Source: a virus
Lineage: Duplodnaviria > Caudoviricetes
Direction: 5' to 3' (one strand)
DNA: 25,744 nt
Virus record (IMG/VR): IMGVR_UViG_3300040985_002292
Span: 1-25,744 of that record
The number at the start of each line of letters is the position of its first letter. Position 1 is the first letter of the stretch. A program made the position numbers and the translations under genes. This document shows, one piece after another, positions 8,279 to 16,465 of the stretch. The notes below the pieces were generated by a model. That model saw nothing but the letters and a program-made list of their open reading frames with translations. It was not told the DNA's origin and searched no databases.

Positions 8279-9057
8279 GGGGACACGACCTCGACGACAG
8301 TGCCGTCAGTCAGGGGGATGCGGAGGATGTTGTCATCGAGTAGGGCGGAGCCTTGGGACAACCAACCTGCGTCCTGCTTGGCTTGCCACTCCCCGGACTC
8401 GCTCAGTCGCACGATGGGAGGGTAGAACTGCAGCGCACAGGGGTAGACTGCGTAGACTCCCCAATGGTAGCTCCGGCCCCGGGTCTGCTTCGCCGCCGTC
8501 TTCCAGCCCCCGAGGATAGCCTTGATGGGCTCCTGGCCGGTCGCAACTCGCCGGACGCTGGCTCCGAGGACGGCGGCGGCCTGCCAGACGGGGAGCTTGC
8601 GGGTCCAGGCCATGTCGGCGGGGGCGATGCTGAAGCCTTCGCTGCATTCACCATCTTCTGCCACAGGGCAGGGGTCGGGTAGTCTGTGAATTTCGCCGCA
8701 CACACCGCATTCAGGCCCGTCGGGTGACCATGCGAGGTGATGGTCCGAGATAGGTTGGTCCGGCCCTGCGCACATCTTGCACCGCACGCCCTGCGCCAGC
8801 ACGCGGATGACCCGGTCCCGACACTCGGGGCGGTGCAGATCGAGGTCGATGTCTTCGACGAGGATACTGTTCCAGTGCCCGACGTACGGACTGAGCACTG
8901 CGACGCGCAACCACTGGGGAGCGGCTGCGTCCACTCGGCGCTCGCCCGGGCCCAACAGAGCGCCGGGGTGCCGGTCTCTCCCGGGGATGACAGGTCCACA
9001 CCAGTCCTCAACCAAGCCGGGGTACGAATCTCCCGGCAGCAGGTGCAGCTCCATCAC
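8275..9057 (-). CDS. Hypothetical Cys-rich protein
   Basis: 260-aa ORF with ATGA overlaps at both ends; CKMC and CGVC. Confidence 0.6.
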   Translation of the reverse strand: MMELHLLPGDSYPGLVEDWCGPVIPGRDRHPGALLGPGERRVDAAAPQWLRVAVLSPYVGHWNSILVEDIDLDLHRPECRDRVIRVLAQGVRCKMCAGPDQPISDHHLAWSPDGPECGVCGEIHRLPDPCPVAEDGECSEGFSIAPADMAWTRKLPVWQAAAVLGASVRRVATGQEPIKAILGGWKTAAKQTRGRSYHWGVYAVYPCALQFYPPIVRLSESGEWQAKQDAGWLSQGSALLDDNILRIPLTDGTVVEVVSP

Positions 9058-9338
9058 TCGCTCCAGTCGGCGGGGATGCTGTCCGCGGTGATGATGCCCT
9101 CGTTGAACAGCCGGACGGCGCTGCGCTGCACCTGCTTGGCCGCGCGGCGGAACCTCCAGGCCTTGGTGTCGTCGCCCTTTTGGAAGGCCTCGCCCGCCGC
9201 CCGCAACAGCCGACCCGCTACCCCCTGGTAGGAGTTCGCGATGGCGTGGCGGGAGTCGTGTCCCTCGAAGACCTCATCGATCATGGCCTGCAGGTCGGGG
9301 CCGTCGAAGCCGGATTCAGTGGGGGTGTCGCTCATCAT
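9054..9338 (-). CDS. Hypothetical protein
   Basis: ATG 9338 overlaps the primase stop; MMSDTPTESG..., 94 aa. Confidence 0.65.
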   Translation of the reverse strand: MMSDTPTESGFDGPDLQAMIDEVFEGHDSRHAIANSYQGVAGRLLRAAGEAFQKGDDTKAWRFRRAAKQVQRSAVRLFNEGIITADSIPADWSE

Positions 9339-10195
9339 TGCTCCATTGACCCGAAGGTCATGTCGTCGGCGAGTAGGGCAGCCACTGGGCCGCGCCACCC
9401 GCACGTCTTTCGGTGGTTGCAGTAGGCATTGACCTGCCTGTCCGGGTCGAGCCACCACCACACCGTCGCCTGTCGACAGCGGGGGCACTCGACCATCTTC
9501 ACGCACTCTTCGTTGACCACGCCCCCGAGGGCATGGCCGAGCTCTGCCCGTTGCTCGGGCAACAGGTGGGCGCCACGGTACTTGCGGTAGCTGAGCTTCT
9601 CCTCATGGGTCATGGCCCGCCGCCGGGGCTTGACAGGGGCGGGGGGCGCCCAGGTCAAGACCCGGTCCGGCTGCAGGTAGGGACCAGAGGCCACTTCCGC
9701 TGAGAATCTGGCCTGATGTTCCCGGTCTTCCAGGTCGGTGACCGGCAGCGCCCACGCCCTGGAGATGTCCTTGCACGCCCTGTCGATGGTCCGCTCGCAG
9801 TGGGCCTCCGCCCACCGCCAGATGGTCACGTACTCCTCCGGCGACACGTCGCGGTCGAAGGGCAACACCACGCGGAAGCGGTGCCCTTCGTGCTTGTGAG
9901 ACCAAGAGGTGTGCAGGACGTGGAACCACTGGCACCAGGTCAGATGCGCCTGCTCGATGGTCGAGCCGTCGTCGTAGTCGAGCACCAAACAGGACGCGGC
10001 CTGCACATGCGCCTTCTTCCGGCTGGGCGGGTCGAGGTGGACGGGCGACCACATGGGGAGGCAGCCCTTGTCCCACACTCGAAACGCCTCGCCGGGTCGG
10101 GTGAGCAGCGCGACGAGAGCCGCTTCGTCGAGATGCTGCATGTCCGCCGATGTCCTGTAGAGGTTGTCGTAGACGCTGACCCAGAACCGCCTCAC
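9335..10195 (-). CDS. AEP-superfamily primase/polymerase with C-terminal Zn finger
   Basis: LVLDYDDG (DxD), HTSWSH, RFRVVLP, DRACKD.SR; C-terminal CPRC...CNH..CGW. GTG 10195 overlaps the upstream stop. Confidence 0.82.
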   Translation of the reverse strand: MRRFWVSVYDNLYRTSADMQHLDEAALVALLTRPGEAFRVWDKGCLPMWSPVHLDPPSRKKAHVQAASCLVLDYDDGSTIEQAHLTWCQWFHVLHTSWSHKHEGHRFRVVLPFDRDVSPEEYVTIWRWAEAHCERTIDRACKDISRAWALPVTDLEDREHQARFSAEVASGPYLQPDRVLTWAPPAPVKPRRRAMTHEEKLSYRKYRGAHLLPEQRAELGHALGGVVNEECVKMVECPRCRQATVWWWLDPDRQVNAYCNHRKTCGWRGPVAALLADDMTFGSMEQ

Positions 10196-10449
10196 GCGTC
10201 GCCTCGAGACTCCCCGCTGTAGAAGCTGGCCGAGTTGCGCACGGCCTCGACCTGCCGCCACAACGCCACAGCGGTGTTGACGTCCTCGCCCTTGGCGGCC
10301 AGGACAGAGGCCAGCACAAAGGCGAGCTCCTCAACGACCCTCTTCGGGGAGACACCGGCCTCCAGTGCCGCGTCAGCTGCGGCCCTGGCGGGCTTGTAGA
10401 CCGTCCCGCAGTTGACCATCTGCAGGAACTTGCCGTCGGATTTTGCCAT
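10192..10449 (-). CDS. Hypothetical protein
   Basis: 85-aa ORF with GAGAGG RBS, coupled to the primase. Confidence 0.65.
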   Translation of the reverse strand: MAKSDGKFLQMVNCGTVYKPARAAADAALEAGVSPKRVVEELAFVLASVLAAKGEDVNTAVALWRQVEAVRNSASFYSGESRGDA

Positions 10450-10458
10450 GAAGACCTC

Positions 10459-10791
10459 TCAGTCGGTAGGGGTGGTGGTGTCGGCGTCAGCCGTGGGCGG
10501 GAACCAGCGAGAGCCGCTCCCGCTGACGTAGTTGCCGGGTCCCTTGTAGATGAGCGAGCGGGCCCGGCTGTGGCGCCAGCCTGCATCGCGCAGCACCTGC
10601 GCCATCTCCAGCCAGCGGCGGCGCACGGGGACGTGGTCGGGGTACAGGCACTCGAAGTGCTTCAGGGTTGCGATCTCGTCGACGCTGACGGACGGGAGCT
10701 GGCTGACGTTGGTGATGAAGTCGGCGATCATGACGACCGCATCCGCGGGCGGGAGCCGACAGAGCATATTTTCGGGAGCGATACCGGGCAT
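10459..10791 (-). CDS. Hypothetical protein
   Basis: 110-aa ORF with GAGG RBS, fills the operon gap. Confidence 0.6.
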   Translation of the reverse strand: MPGIAPENMLCRLPPADAVVMIADFITNVSQLPSVSVDEIATLKHFECLYPDHVPVRRRWLEMAQVLRDAGWRHSRARSLIYKGPGNYVSGSGSRWFPPTADADTTTPTD

Positions 10792-10800
10792 CGGGAACCT

Positions 10801-11043
10801 CTACGTGAACAGGTGGAAGAGCGCGGCCCAGATGAGGAGCCACACGAGGAAGGAGACGCCGACCAACCAGTTGCGGGTCTTGACGTAGTTGGGGTGGTCC
10901 TTGAAGTTGAACCGCCCATCCGGGTAGCGAGTCGCCCTCCAGCGGGGCTTCTCGTCAAGATGAATGTCCTGCACACGGCGCTTTGGTGTACGCTCAATGT
11001 CGTGGACCGTGCGTTTGGGATGCTTCGTCACACCGCGCTTCAT
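10801..11043 (-). CDS. Small basic protein with C-terminal transmembrane helix
   Basis: ATG 11043 after GAGG; C-terminus WLVGVSFLVWLLIWAALFHLF. Confidence 0.6.
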   Translation of the reverse strand: MKRGVTKHPKRTVHDIERTPKRRVQDIHLDEKPRWRATRYPDGRFNFKDHPNYVKTRNWLVGVSFLVWLLIWAALFHLFT

Positions 11044-11061
11044 CGCGTCACCTCGCAAGGC

Positions 11062-11090
11062 AGGTTAGTGCGAGCGCACACACTTGTCAA
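11062..11090 (-). promoter_or_regulatory. Sigma70-type promoter of the replication operon
   Basis: TTGACA (11090-11085), 17-nt spacer, TAACCT (11067-11062). Confidence 0.8.
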
Positions 11091-11097
11091 ACAAGGT
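11083..11097. promoter_or_regulatory. Candidate operator CTTGT-CAA-ACAAG(GT)
   Basis: Inverted repeat covering the leftward -35 and abutting the rightward -10; second copy at 1665-1679. Confidence 0.55.
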
Positions 11098-11102
11098 ATA
11101 CT
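11097..11102 (+). promoter_or_regulatory. -10 box (TATACT) for a probable leaderless transcript
   Basis: TATACT ends 6 nt before ATG 11109; no Shine-Dalgarno in between. Confidence 0.65.
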
Positions 11103-11108
11103 GTCCCC

Positions 11109-11612
11109 ATGTCCGACGACCCCACCGAGCAGAACGCCGTCATCCTCCGCCTCCTCAGCCAAGACGAGGCCGTCAAGGACAAGGTGCAGCTGGGCGCCCT
11201 CCGCGAGCTCTTGCGAGCGGGCATCTCGGTGCAGAAGGCCGCGGAGCACCTGGGCCTTGAGCGGACCGTCGCGTGGCGAATGGTGACCTCGGACAAGGCC
11301 GCGCAGAAAGCGCTCAACGACGGCGACGACTTCCGCCGCCGCCAGCTCCGCGCGACGCTGGAGTCGCGCGCCGACGAGATGCTGGCCGTCATCGTCAGCT
11401 TGGCGCACGACCCCGAGGCCGACGGCAAGGTCAGGCTCGCCGCCGCCCAGGACATCCTCGACCGCACCGGGCTGCTGGACAAGAACGTCGGCGGTGGGAA
11501 CAAGAGCGGCGGGAAGGTCGGCGCCGTCATCGAGCTCACGAGCGTGGAGAAGGGCTTCAACGAGAGGCTCCACCGCATCACCGCGCGGGTCGGGGCGGAG
11601 AGCAGCGAGTAG
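11109..11612 (+). CDS. HTH DNA-binding protein (regulator or terminase-small-subunit-like)
   Basis: Only plus-strand gene with proper codon bias; HTH-like ISVQKAAEHLGLERTVAWRMV; VRLAAAQDILDRTG resembles a motif seen in TerS-like phage proteins. Confidence 0.7.
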   Translation: MSDDPTEQNAVILRLLSQDEAVKDKVQLGALRELLRAGISVQKAAEHLGLERTVAWRMVTSDKAAQKALNDGDDFRRRQLRATLESRADEMLAVIVSLAHDPEADGKVRLAAAQDILDRTGLLDKNVGGGNKSGGKVGAVIELTSVEKGFNERLHRITARVGAESSE

Positions 11613-11623
11613 CAGGGCGGGGG

Positions 11624-11902
11624 TCATGGACCCTCCATGTCGGCGTTCTCGATAGTGCAGCACACCGTCGTCATGGGCCCGCCCCACCTGTCGGTGAAGA
11701 TGAAGACCTTCCGCTGTACGACAGTGGCGGTCACCGTGAGCAGGTCGCGGCCATTCTCGGCGTACGCCGTGAAGCAGACCTCGTCGCCCACGACAGGGAT
11801 AATTGTCGCCGGGTCGCCGCCCGTGTCCCAGCCGCATCCCACGAAGCGGACGGTGCAACGAATCCGCCAGGTCCTGGACTCTGCCTCCATGGCGCGGCTC
11901 AC
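11624..11902 (-). CDS. Hypothetical protein
   Basis: GTG 11902 overlaps the upstream stop; 92 aa. Confidence 0.5.
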   Translation of the reverse strand: MSRAMEAESRTWRIRCTVRFVGCGWDTGGDPATIIPVVGDEVCFTAYAENGRDLLTVTATVVQRKVFIFTDRWGGPMTTVCCTIENADMEGP

Positions 11903-12126
11903 GACCCACCTCTCTTCGCGCCCAGGCAGAGCTTGCACTTCCGCTGCCCGTCGACCTCGGTGATCTGCGACACCAAGCGGTACCGCGTCCGGTTGCACGC
12001 GGTGTAGTAGAGGAGCGGCGGTCGGCCGGGGCTCCGCTCGTCCCACTCTGCGATGCGGTGGCAGAGCAGGCTGCGGCTCCGTGAGTCGACAATCCAGTCG
12101 CCGAGACGTGAGGTCGGATCACTCAT
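11899..12126 (-). CDS. Small Cys/His protein
   Basis: 75 aa, CH...C...CKLC; coupled to neighbours. Confidence 0.55.
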   Translation of the reverse strand: MSDPTSRLGDWIVDSRSRSLLCHRIAEWDERSPGRPPLLYYTACNRTRYRLVSQITEVDGQRKCKLCLGAKRGGS

Positions 12127-12373
12127 CGTCCTCTCCCGGCTCGGCCCGCAGCTGCCGCGGGGTCCGATCGTAGGGGGTCCAGGTCACCACGCGCTGCCCG
12201 AGGGCGAGCGCCCACTGACCGACGCGCTCGTAGGTCACGTCCATCTCGACGGCGATGGTCCGGAAGGGCACGAGGTCCTTCAGCTGCTCGATGAACCAAC
12301 GCGTCTTCACCTTGCCGTAGCGCTTGATGAGGTTGTCCATGATGCGGTCGCGGGTCTTGGGGGTCGTGCTCAC
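12119..12373 (-). CDS. Small HTH protein, sigma-region-4-like
   Basis: FRTIAVEMDVTYERVGQW resembles the region 4.2 pattern I...L.VTRERVRQ; GTGA-coupled start. Confidence 0.6.
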   Translation of the reverse strand: MSTTPKTRDRIMDNLIKRYGKVKTRWFIEQLKDLVPFRTIAVEMDVTYERVGQWALALGQRVVTWTPYDRTPRQLRAEPGEDDE

Positions 12374-12912
12374 AGGGCCTCCGCGAGGATCTCGAGGGCG
12401 GCGACGCATGCCCCGGCCTCGGTGGAGTAGGACGTCACGGTCATGGGCTTGGCGCCCGGGGCGAGGCACATCCACTGGAGGGCCTTGCTTCCGAAGGAGA
12501 CCGGGGCGGTCACGATGCACGGCTCACCCGCCGCCTCCCGCAACCGGGACAGCAGGCTCATCGCGGTCGCCTCGTGGGTCAGGTCGTACAGGGCGGAGTC
12601 GGGGACCTTGTCGTCGCCCTTCTCCCAGGCGTAGCAGTCGACGATCGTATTCGAGTAGACGAAGCCCCACTCGACTATGTTCCCGAAGGCGCGGGCAGGA
12701 AGGGGCGCGCTGTAGTCATCGCTGTCGTCGCACATCTCCGGGTTGTACCAGCGGATGCCCGAGGGCCAGAGCTCCTTGATGAGCCCGGCAGCCAGCAGGG
12801 CGCGGAGAGCGGTCGTCGCACGGTAGTCCAGGCCGCTCTGCTTCTCCCGCTCGCGGCGTTCGATCTCTGCGGTGAGGTCGTCCAGGGGGATGAGTTTGAG
12901 GTCGGTGTTCAA
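12370..12912 (-). CDS. Hypothetical protein
   Basis: 180 aa; TTG start overlaps the upstream stop; AGGAG RBS. Confidence 0.65.
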   Translation of the reverse strand: MNTDLKLIPLDDLTAEIERREREKQSGLDYRATTALRALLAAGLIKELWPSGIRWYNPEMCDDSDDYSAPLPARAFGNIVEWGFVYSNTIVDCYAWEKGDDKVPDSALYDLTHEATAMSLLSRLREAAGEPCIVTAPVSFGSKALQWMCLAPGAKPMTVTSYSTEAGACVAALEILAEAL

Positions 12913-13370
12913 AGGAGCTCCTGTTCAAGTTGGCGAATGCGCGCGACCATGTCGTCGTAGAGGGGCCGCGCCTTCAAGGTGGCGATGACCTTGTCCTGGT
13001 CGAGCAGCAGGGGGAGAGGCGCGAGCACCGAAGGGAATTCGCGGTGGAGGATGTGCACGAACTCGTGGGCCTGTTGCTTCAAACGGAAGCCACCGCCCTG
13101 CGGGCCGCCGGAGAAGCGGCGACCCGTGATGGCGTGGGACACAACCCAGCGCTGCGTCTTGATCGAGGGGTGCTTGAAGGTCACGTACCAGGACTCGGGC
13201 CGGTCCTTGTGGGGGACGAACTCGTCGAACTCAGGCGGGTGCACAGCGAGCGCGCCGTACACCCTCGCCCGCTTCCCGAGCACCCGGGTCGGTACCCGGT
13301 CCAAGCCGAAGCGGACGAAGACCATGATGTCTTGCGTCCGCCAGCGGAGCACGGGCGCTTTGTGGCTCAT
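12909..13370 (-). CDS. Hypothetical protein
   Basis: 153 aa, ATGA-coupled to the SMC-like gene. Confidence 0.65.
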   Translation of the reverse strand: MSHKAPVLRWRTQDIMVFVRFGLDRVPTRVLGKRARVYGALAVHPPEFDEFVPHKDRPESWYVTFKHPSIKTQRWVVSHAITGRRFSGGPQGGGFRLKQQAHEFVHILHREFPSVLAPLPLLLDQDKVIATLKARPLYDDMVARIRQLEQELL

Positions 13371-14728
13371 CGCATGCCCCCGTCTTCGATGATGAAGGCG
13401 CCCTCGTCGGCGTCACCCACACGCTCCAACCAGACCTGGGCCCGCATGCTGGCAGCGGCCATGTTGATGAGGTCCAGGCTGAGGTCGTCGAGCAGGCTGG
13501 CGTCGCGGATCAGGGCGATGCGGATGCCGTCCTTCTCGGTGCCCGCCAGGGCGATGCCCATGGACACCCGAATCTGCTCACCTCGGCTCGCCTGGTCGAT
13601 GGGTCGATCGAGGTAGGTCACGACCCCGTCCGTGTTGAAGGACAGGCCCTTCACCGGCATGTTCGCCGCGGCCAGGATGACGGCGCGCTCGGCGTCCGCC
13701 TGCTTGATGAGCGCCGTCTTCTCCTTCCGCTCGGCGTCGACCTTCGCGATGTCAGCCGCCTTGGCCTCGCGGTCCTGGTTGGAGCGGACCATGCCCGCGA
13801 TGGCCGTGGCCTCGGCGCGGGCGGCGTCGTTGACGGCCTCGAGATTGGCGAGCTGCTCACGGAGCGCGGTGTCGTCGATGACCGCGGCCTGGGCCGTCGC
13901 GGCCGCCTTGGTCGCGTCCATGAAGGCCACACCCGCGGCCACCTCCGCCTCCTCGGCCTCACCCAGCGCCGCCTCCGCCGCCTGGAGCTGCGCGGTGAGC
14001 GTGTCGATGAGCTCCTCCGCGTCCGCCGTCGCCAGCGACGCCATCCCCATGTCGCCGTCCGCGCGGTCACGCGCCGCCACCGCGTCCGTCGCGGCCTGTG
14101 CCGTCACGGCGGCCGCCTCGATCTCTTGCAGCAGCTCCAGCGCAGAGGACAGCTTGGGCGCCGGGGCCTCGGCCGGCGCGTTGGGGTAGTGCGCCATCGA
14201 CTCCAGTGCGCCGGTCATGCGCTTGCTGTCCTTGCCCAACGCGGTGCGCTGGTCGTAGAGCTCACGGCGCAGGGTGTCGAGCGTGGTGGTGTTCACGCCC
14301 GTCAGGTCGCGCAGCGCCGCGGCCTGCTTCTTGGCGTCCAGCCGGAGGAAGGCCATCGGGTCGCAGGTCAGGCTGCCCAGCCGCTTGTTCAGCCAGCTCT
14401 GGGCGCCGCCGGCCGGCTTCATCCCGTCGGCGGTCTGCACCTTGAGGGTCCCGCCGTAGGTGCCGTCGTCCTTGCGGGTGATGGTCCGGGTGACCTTGAC
14501 CCCGTCGTCGAGCTCGACCTCGATGGTGGACTTCGCCTCGCCGTCCTTGATGGGCTGAGACGGGATGGCCTTGCCGCCCGTCAGTGCCGCCTCAATGGCG
14601 TCGAGGGCGCTGGTCTTGCCGGCCATGTTGAGGCCGCCGAGGATGACGATCTGCCGCTCGCCCGGCTCGATGCTGATGTCGCTGAGGCGCTTGAAGTTGC
14701 GGACGCGGAGGGCTCGGATGTTGGACAT
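13367..14728 (-). CDS. SMC/Rad50-like ABC ATPase with coiled coil
   Basis: VRNFKRL, Walker A GLNMAGKTS, Ala/Glu-rich coiled coil, signature ASRGEQ, Walker B-like IALIRDASLLD. Start ATG 14728 (alternative GTG 14740). Confidence 0.85.
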   Translation of the reverse strand: MSNIRALRVRNFKRLSDISIEPGERQIVILGGLNMAGKTSALDAIEAALTGGKAIPSQPIKDGEAKSTIEVELDDGVKVTRTITRKDDGTYGGTLKVQTADGMKPAGGAQSWLNKRLGSLTCDPMAFLRLDAKKQAAALRDLTGVNTTTLDTLRRELYDQRTALGKDSKRMTGALESMAHYPNAPAEAPAPKLSSALELLQEIEAAAVTAQAATDAVAARDRADGDMGMASLATADAEELIDTLTAQLQAAEAALGEAEEAEVAAGVAFMDATKAAATAQAAVIDDTALREQLANLEAVNDAARAEATAIAGMVRSNQDREAKAADIAKVDAERKEKTALIKQADAERAVILAAANMPVKGLSFNTDGVVTYLDRPIDQASRGEQIRVSMGIALAGTEKDGIRIALIRDASLLDDLSLDLINMAAASMRAQVWLERVGDADEGAFIIEDGGMR

Positions 14729-14736
14729 GGTGTTGC

Positions 14737-14928
14737 TCACTTGGTTGGGTTGGAGGGGGGGAGGTTGCCGGTGCCGCCGCAGCGGTCACAGGGGCCGGGC
14801 GCGTTGGGCCCGAAGTCGCGGTCGCGGGTGCCGCACGGCTTGCCGTCGGCGCTGCCGTAGCCATTGCAGTCAGGGCAGGGCAGCGGCGTGTCTGTCTTCA
14901 AGGGGAGCGGGGTCGTGGGCGGGCTCAC
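14737..14928 (-). CDS. Small DnaJ-type Zn-finger protein
   Basis: CPDCNGYG and CDRCGGTG (CxxCxGxG); GTGA-coupled. Confidence 0.55.
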   Translation of the reverse strand: MSPPTTPLPLKTDTPLPCPDCNGYGSADGKPCGTRDRDFGPNAPGPCDRCGGTGNLPPSNPTK

Positions 14929-15485
14929 GACGACACCACCGCGAACACGAGGTAGCCGTGGCCGCCGTCGCGGATCCGTGCCACGACCTCGTCGATCGTG
15001 CACCGCGTCGAGGTCCCGCTCCGCCGGCGCATCATCACGTCGTCGCCCGCAGCGACCGGGACGTCGCCATCCACTGGGATGCGCGCACCCCAGGAGCCGT
15101 CCCGCAGGCGGCGCCAGGTGCCCTCCAAGAGCTTGCGGGGGGCAGGCGTCGGCTCGGGGGCGAACCCGAGGTCAGAGGGGGGGTGAGGGTCCGGCGTCAA
15201 CGCGGCGGGCGCTTCCTCCTCACCCGCCTCGGCCGTCTCGTAGGGGAAGCCAACGAGGCCGCCGCAGTCGACGCAGAAGTCCAGGTCGTTCGCGTCGTCG
15301 CGGCTGTGGTCAAGGCCACCGCAGCGGGTGCAGGTCGCGACCGGGGCGGCCACCACCTCCTCGCGCACCTCGCCGACAGCGGTGATGGTGGCGTGGCGGC
15401 CGGCGGCGTAGGCCGCGGCCATGATCGCGTCCGCCTCGCCGACGTGCACGTCACCGCTCGTATCGATCCATTGCAGTTCACCCAT
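14925..15485 (-). CDS. Hypothetical protein (Zn ribbon plus C-terminal beta domain)
   Basis: Strong RBS AGGAGAGG; CTRC and CVDC. Confidence 0.7.
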   Translation of the reverse strand: MGELQWIDTSGDVHVGEADAIMAAAYAAGRHATITAVGEVREEVVAAPVATCTRCGGLDHSRDDANDLDFCVDCGGLVGFPYETAEAGEEEAPAALTPDPHPPSDLGFAPEPTPAPRKLLEGTWRRLRDGSWGARIPVDGDVPVAAGDDVMMRRRSGTSTRCTIDEVVARIRDGGHGYLVFAVVSS

Positions 15486-15509
15486 GGGTCACCTCTCCTT
15501 GTGTTGTGT

Positions 15510-15743
15510 TTACTCGATGACAATGACGTGGACGTACTCTTCGTCTTCGCCGACGTTGTCGGGTGTCTCGTTTTTGACGGTCCACTGGTCTACCCAGGGA
15601 CCGTCGCGGTATTTGAATGCCTCGGTGACCTCGGGGTCACTGACATTGATTTGCTCACAGCGGTCGTGGCGGGGGTGCCCGACCACAATCTCCATGTCGA
15701 GCGGGAACTCTTGCAGCTGGCGGAGAAAGTCGGCGACAGTCAT
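15510..15743 (-). CDS. Hypothetical phage protein
   Basis: GGAGG RBS; MTVADFLRQLQEFP.D N-terminus typical of small phage ORFs. Confidence 0.7.
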   Translation of the reverse strand: MTVADFLRQLQEFPLDMEIVVGHPRHDRCEQINVSDPEVTEAFKYRDGPWVDQWTVKNETPDNVGEDEEYVHVIVIE

Positions 15744-15982
15744 GTTGCCTCCAGGGGTGTGGGGTCTTCTTCCTCTTCTTCCTCTTCGTCTTCGTCGTCT
15801 TCCCAGGGCGCCACACCGTTGCGGCAGGAGCCGCAGTCCGGGGCGCCGCAGGGGCCGCTGTGATTGCGGACACCGCCGCAGTCGTACTTGTAGGTGGGGC
15901 CCTCATCCTCCTCCGCCGCCTCGCGGCGTGCCTCCATCCGGGCCTCGTAGCGCTCGTCGTCGCTCATGCTCCACATGGTCAC
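15740..15982 (-). CDS. Very acidic small Cys protein
   Basis: CGAPDCGSC and an EDDEDEEEEEEED run; coupled to both neighbours. Confidence 0.65.
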   Translation of the reverse strand: MTMWSMSDDERYEARMEARREAAEEDEGPTYKYDCGGVRNHSGPCGAPDCGSCRNGVAPWEDDEDEEEEEEEDPTPLEAT

Positions 15983-16422
15983 TCCCTATCGATCGTGGCG
16001 CCGCACTCGCCGCGGCAGGTGACGTCGGTCTCGGTCACTTCGACCGTACCGTTCTCGCAGAGGGGACACTCGTCCCCGTCCTCGCATTCGAGGAACGCAT
16101 CATTGCCTCGCGCCAGTTCGTAGTCGTCGAGTTGGCTCAGGCAGTCGCGGCGGATGATGTCGATGTCCTCGACGGAGGCCGCGCCTCTCGCGGTGTTGCA
16201 CTCCCACCCGTCGGTAGAACTGCTGGCATACGCCCCGACGCGCTCGATCACAGCGTCGAGTGGCAGAGCATTCACCGTCTCCTTGTCGTCGTGGTAGTAG
16301 ACCGGCTTCCCCCCGACCACCAGCCAGACGTGCTCTCGGTTGTACTTGTCGATGCTGCGCAGGCAAGCGCTCAACGGCGCGACGCTGATGTGGTTGATGA
16401 AGTCCTTGATGGTCAATGCCAT
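15979..16422 (-). CDS. Hypothetical protein with C-terminal Zn ribbon
   Basis: AGGAG RBS; CPLC...CRGEC. Confidence 0.7.
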   Translation of the reverse strand: MALTIKDFINHISVAPLSACLRSIDKYNREHVWLVVGGKPVYYHDDKETVNALPLDAVIERVGAYASSSTDGWECNTARGAASVEDIDIIRRDCLSQLDDYELARGNDAFLECEDGDECPLCENGTVEVTETDVTCRGECGATIDRE

Positions 16423-16428
16423 GGTTGC

Positions 16429-16454
16429 TCTCTCCTGAGTGTTGGTTGTTGGGG
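16429..16454 (-). repeat. 26-bp direct repeat, copy 1 (CCCCAACAACCAACACTCAGGAGAGA)
   Basis: Identical to 17036-17061; contains the RBS. Confidence 0.92.
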
Positions 16455-16465
16455 TGGGGTGGTGC

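Noticed and set aside
11084-11102. Plus-strand TTGTCA and TATACT as a -35/-10 pair
   Set aside because: Spacing is only 7 nt; those bases are better explained by the minus-strand TTGACA.
15765-15801. TCT/TCC/TCG microsatellite-like run
   Set aside because: Explained by the poly-Glu/Asp coding tract.
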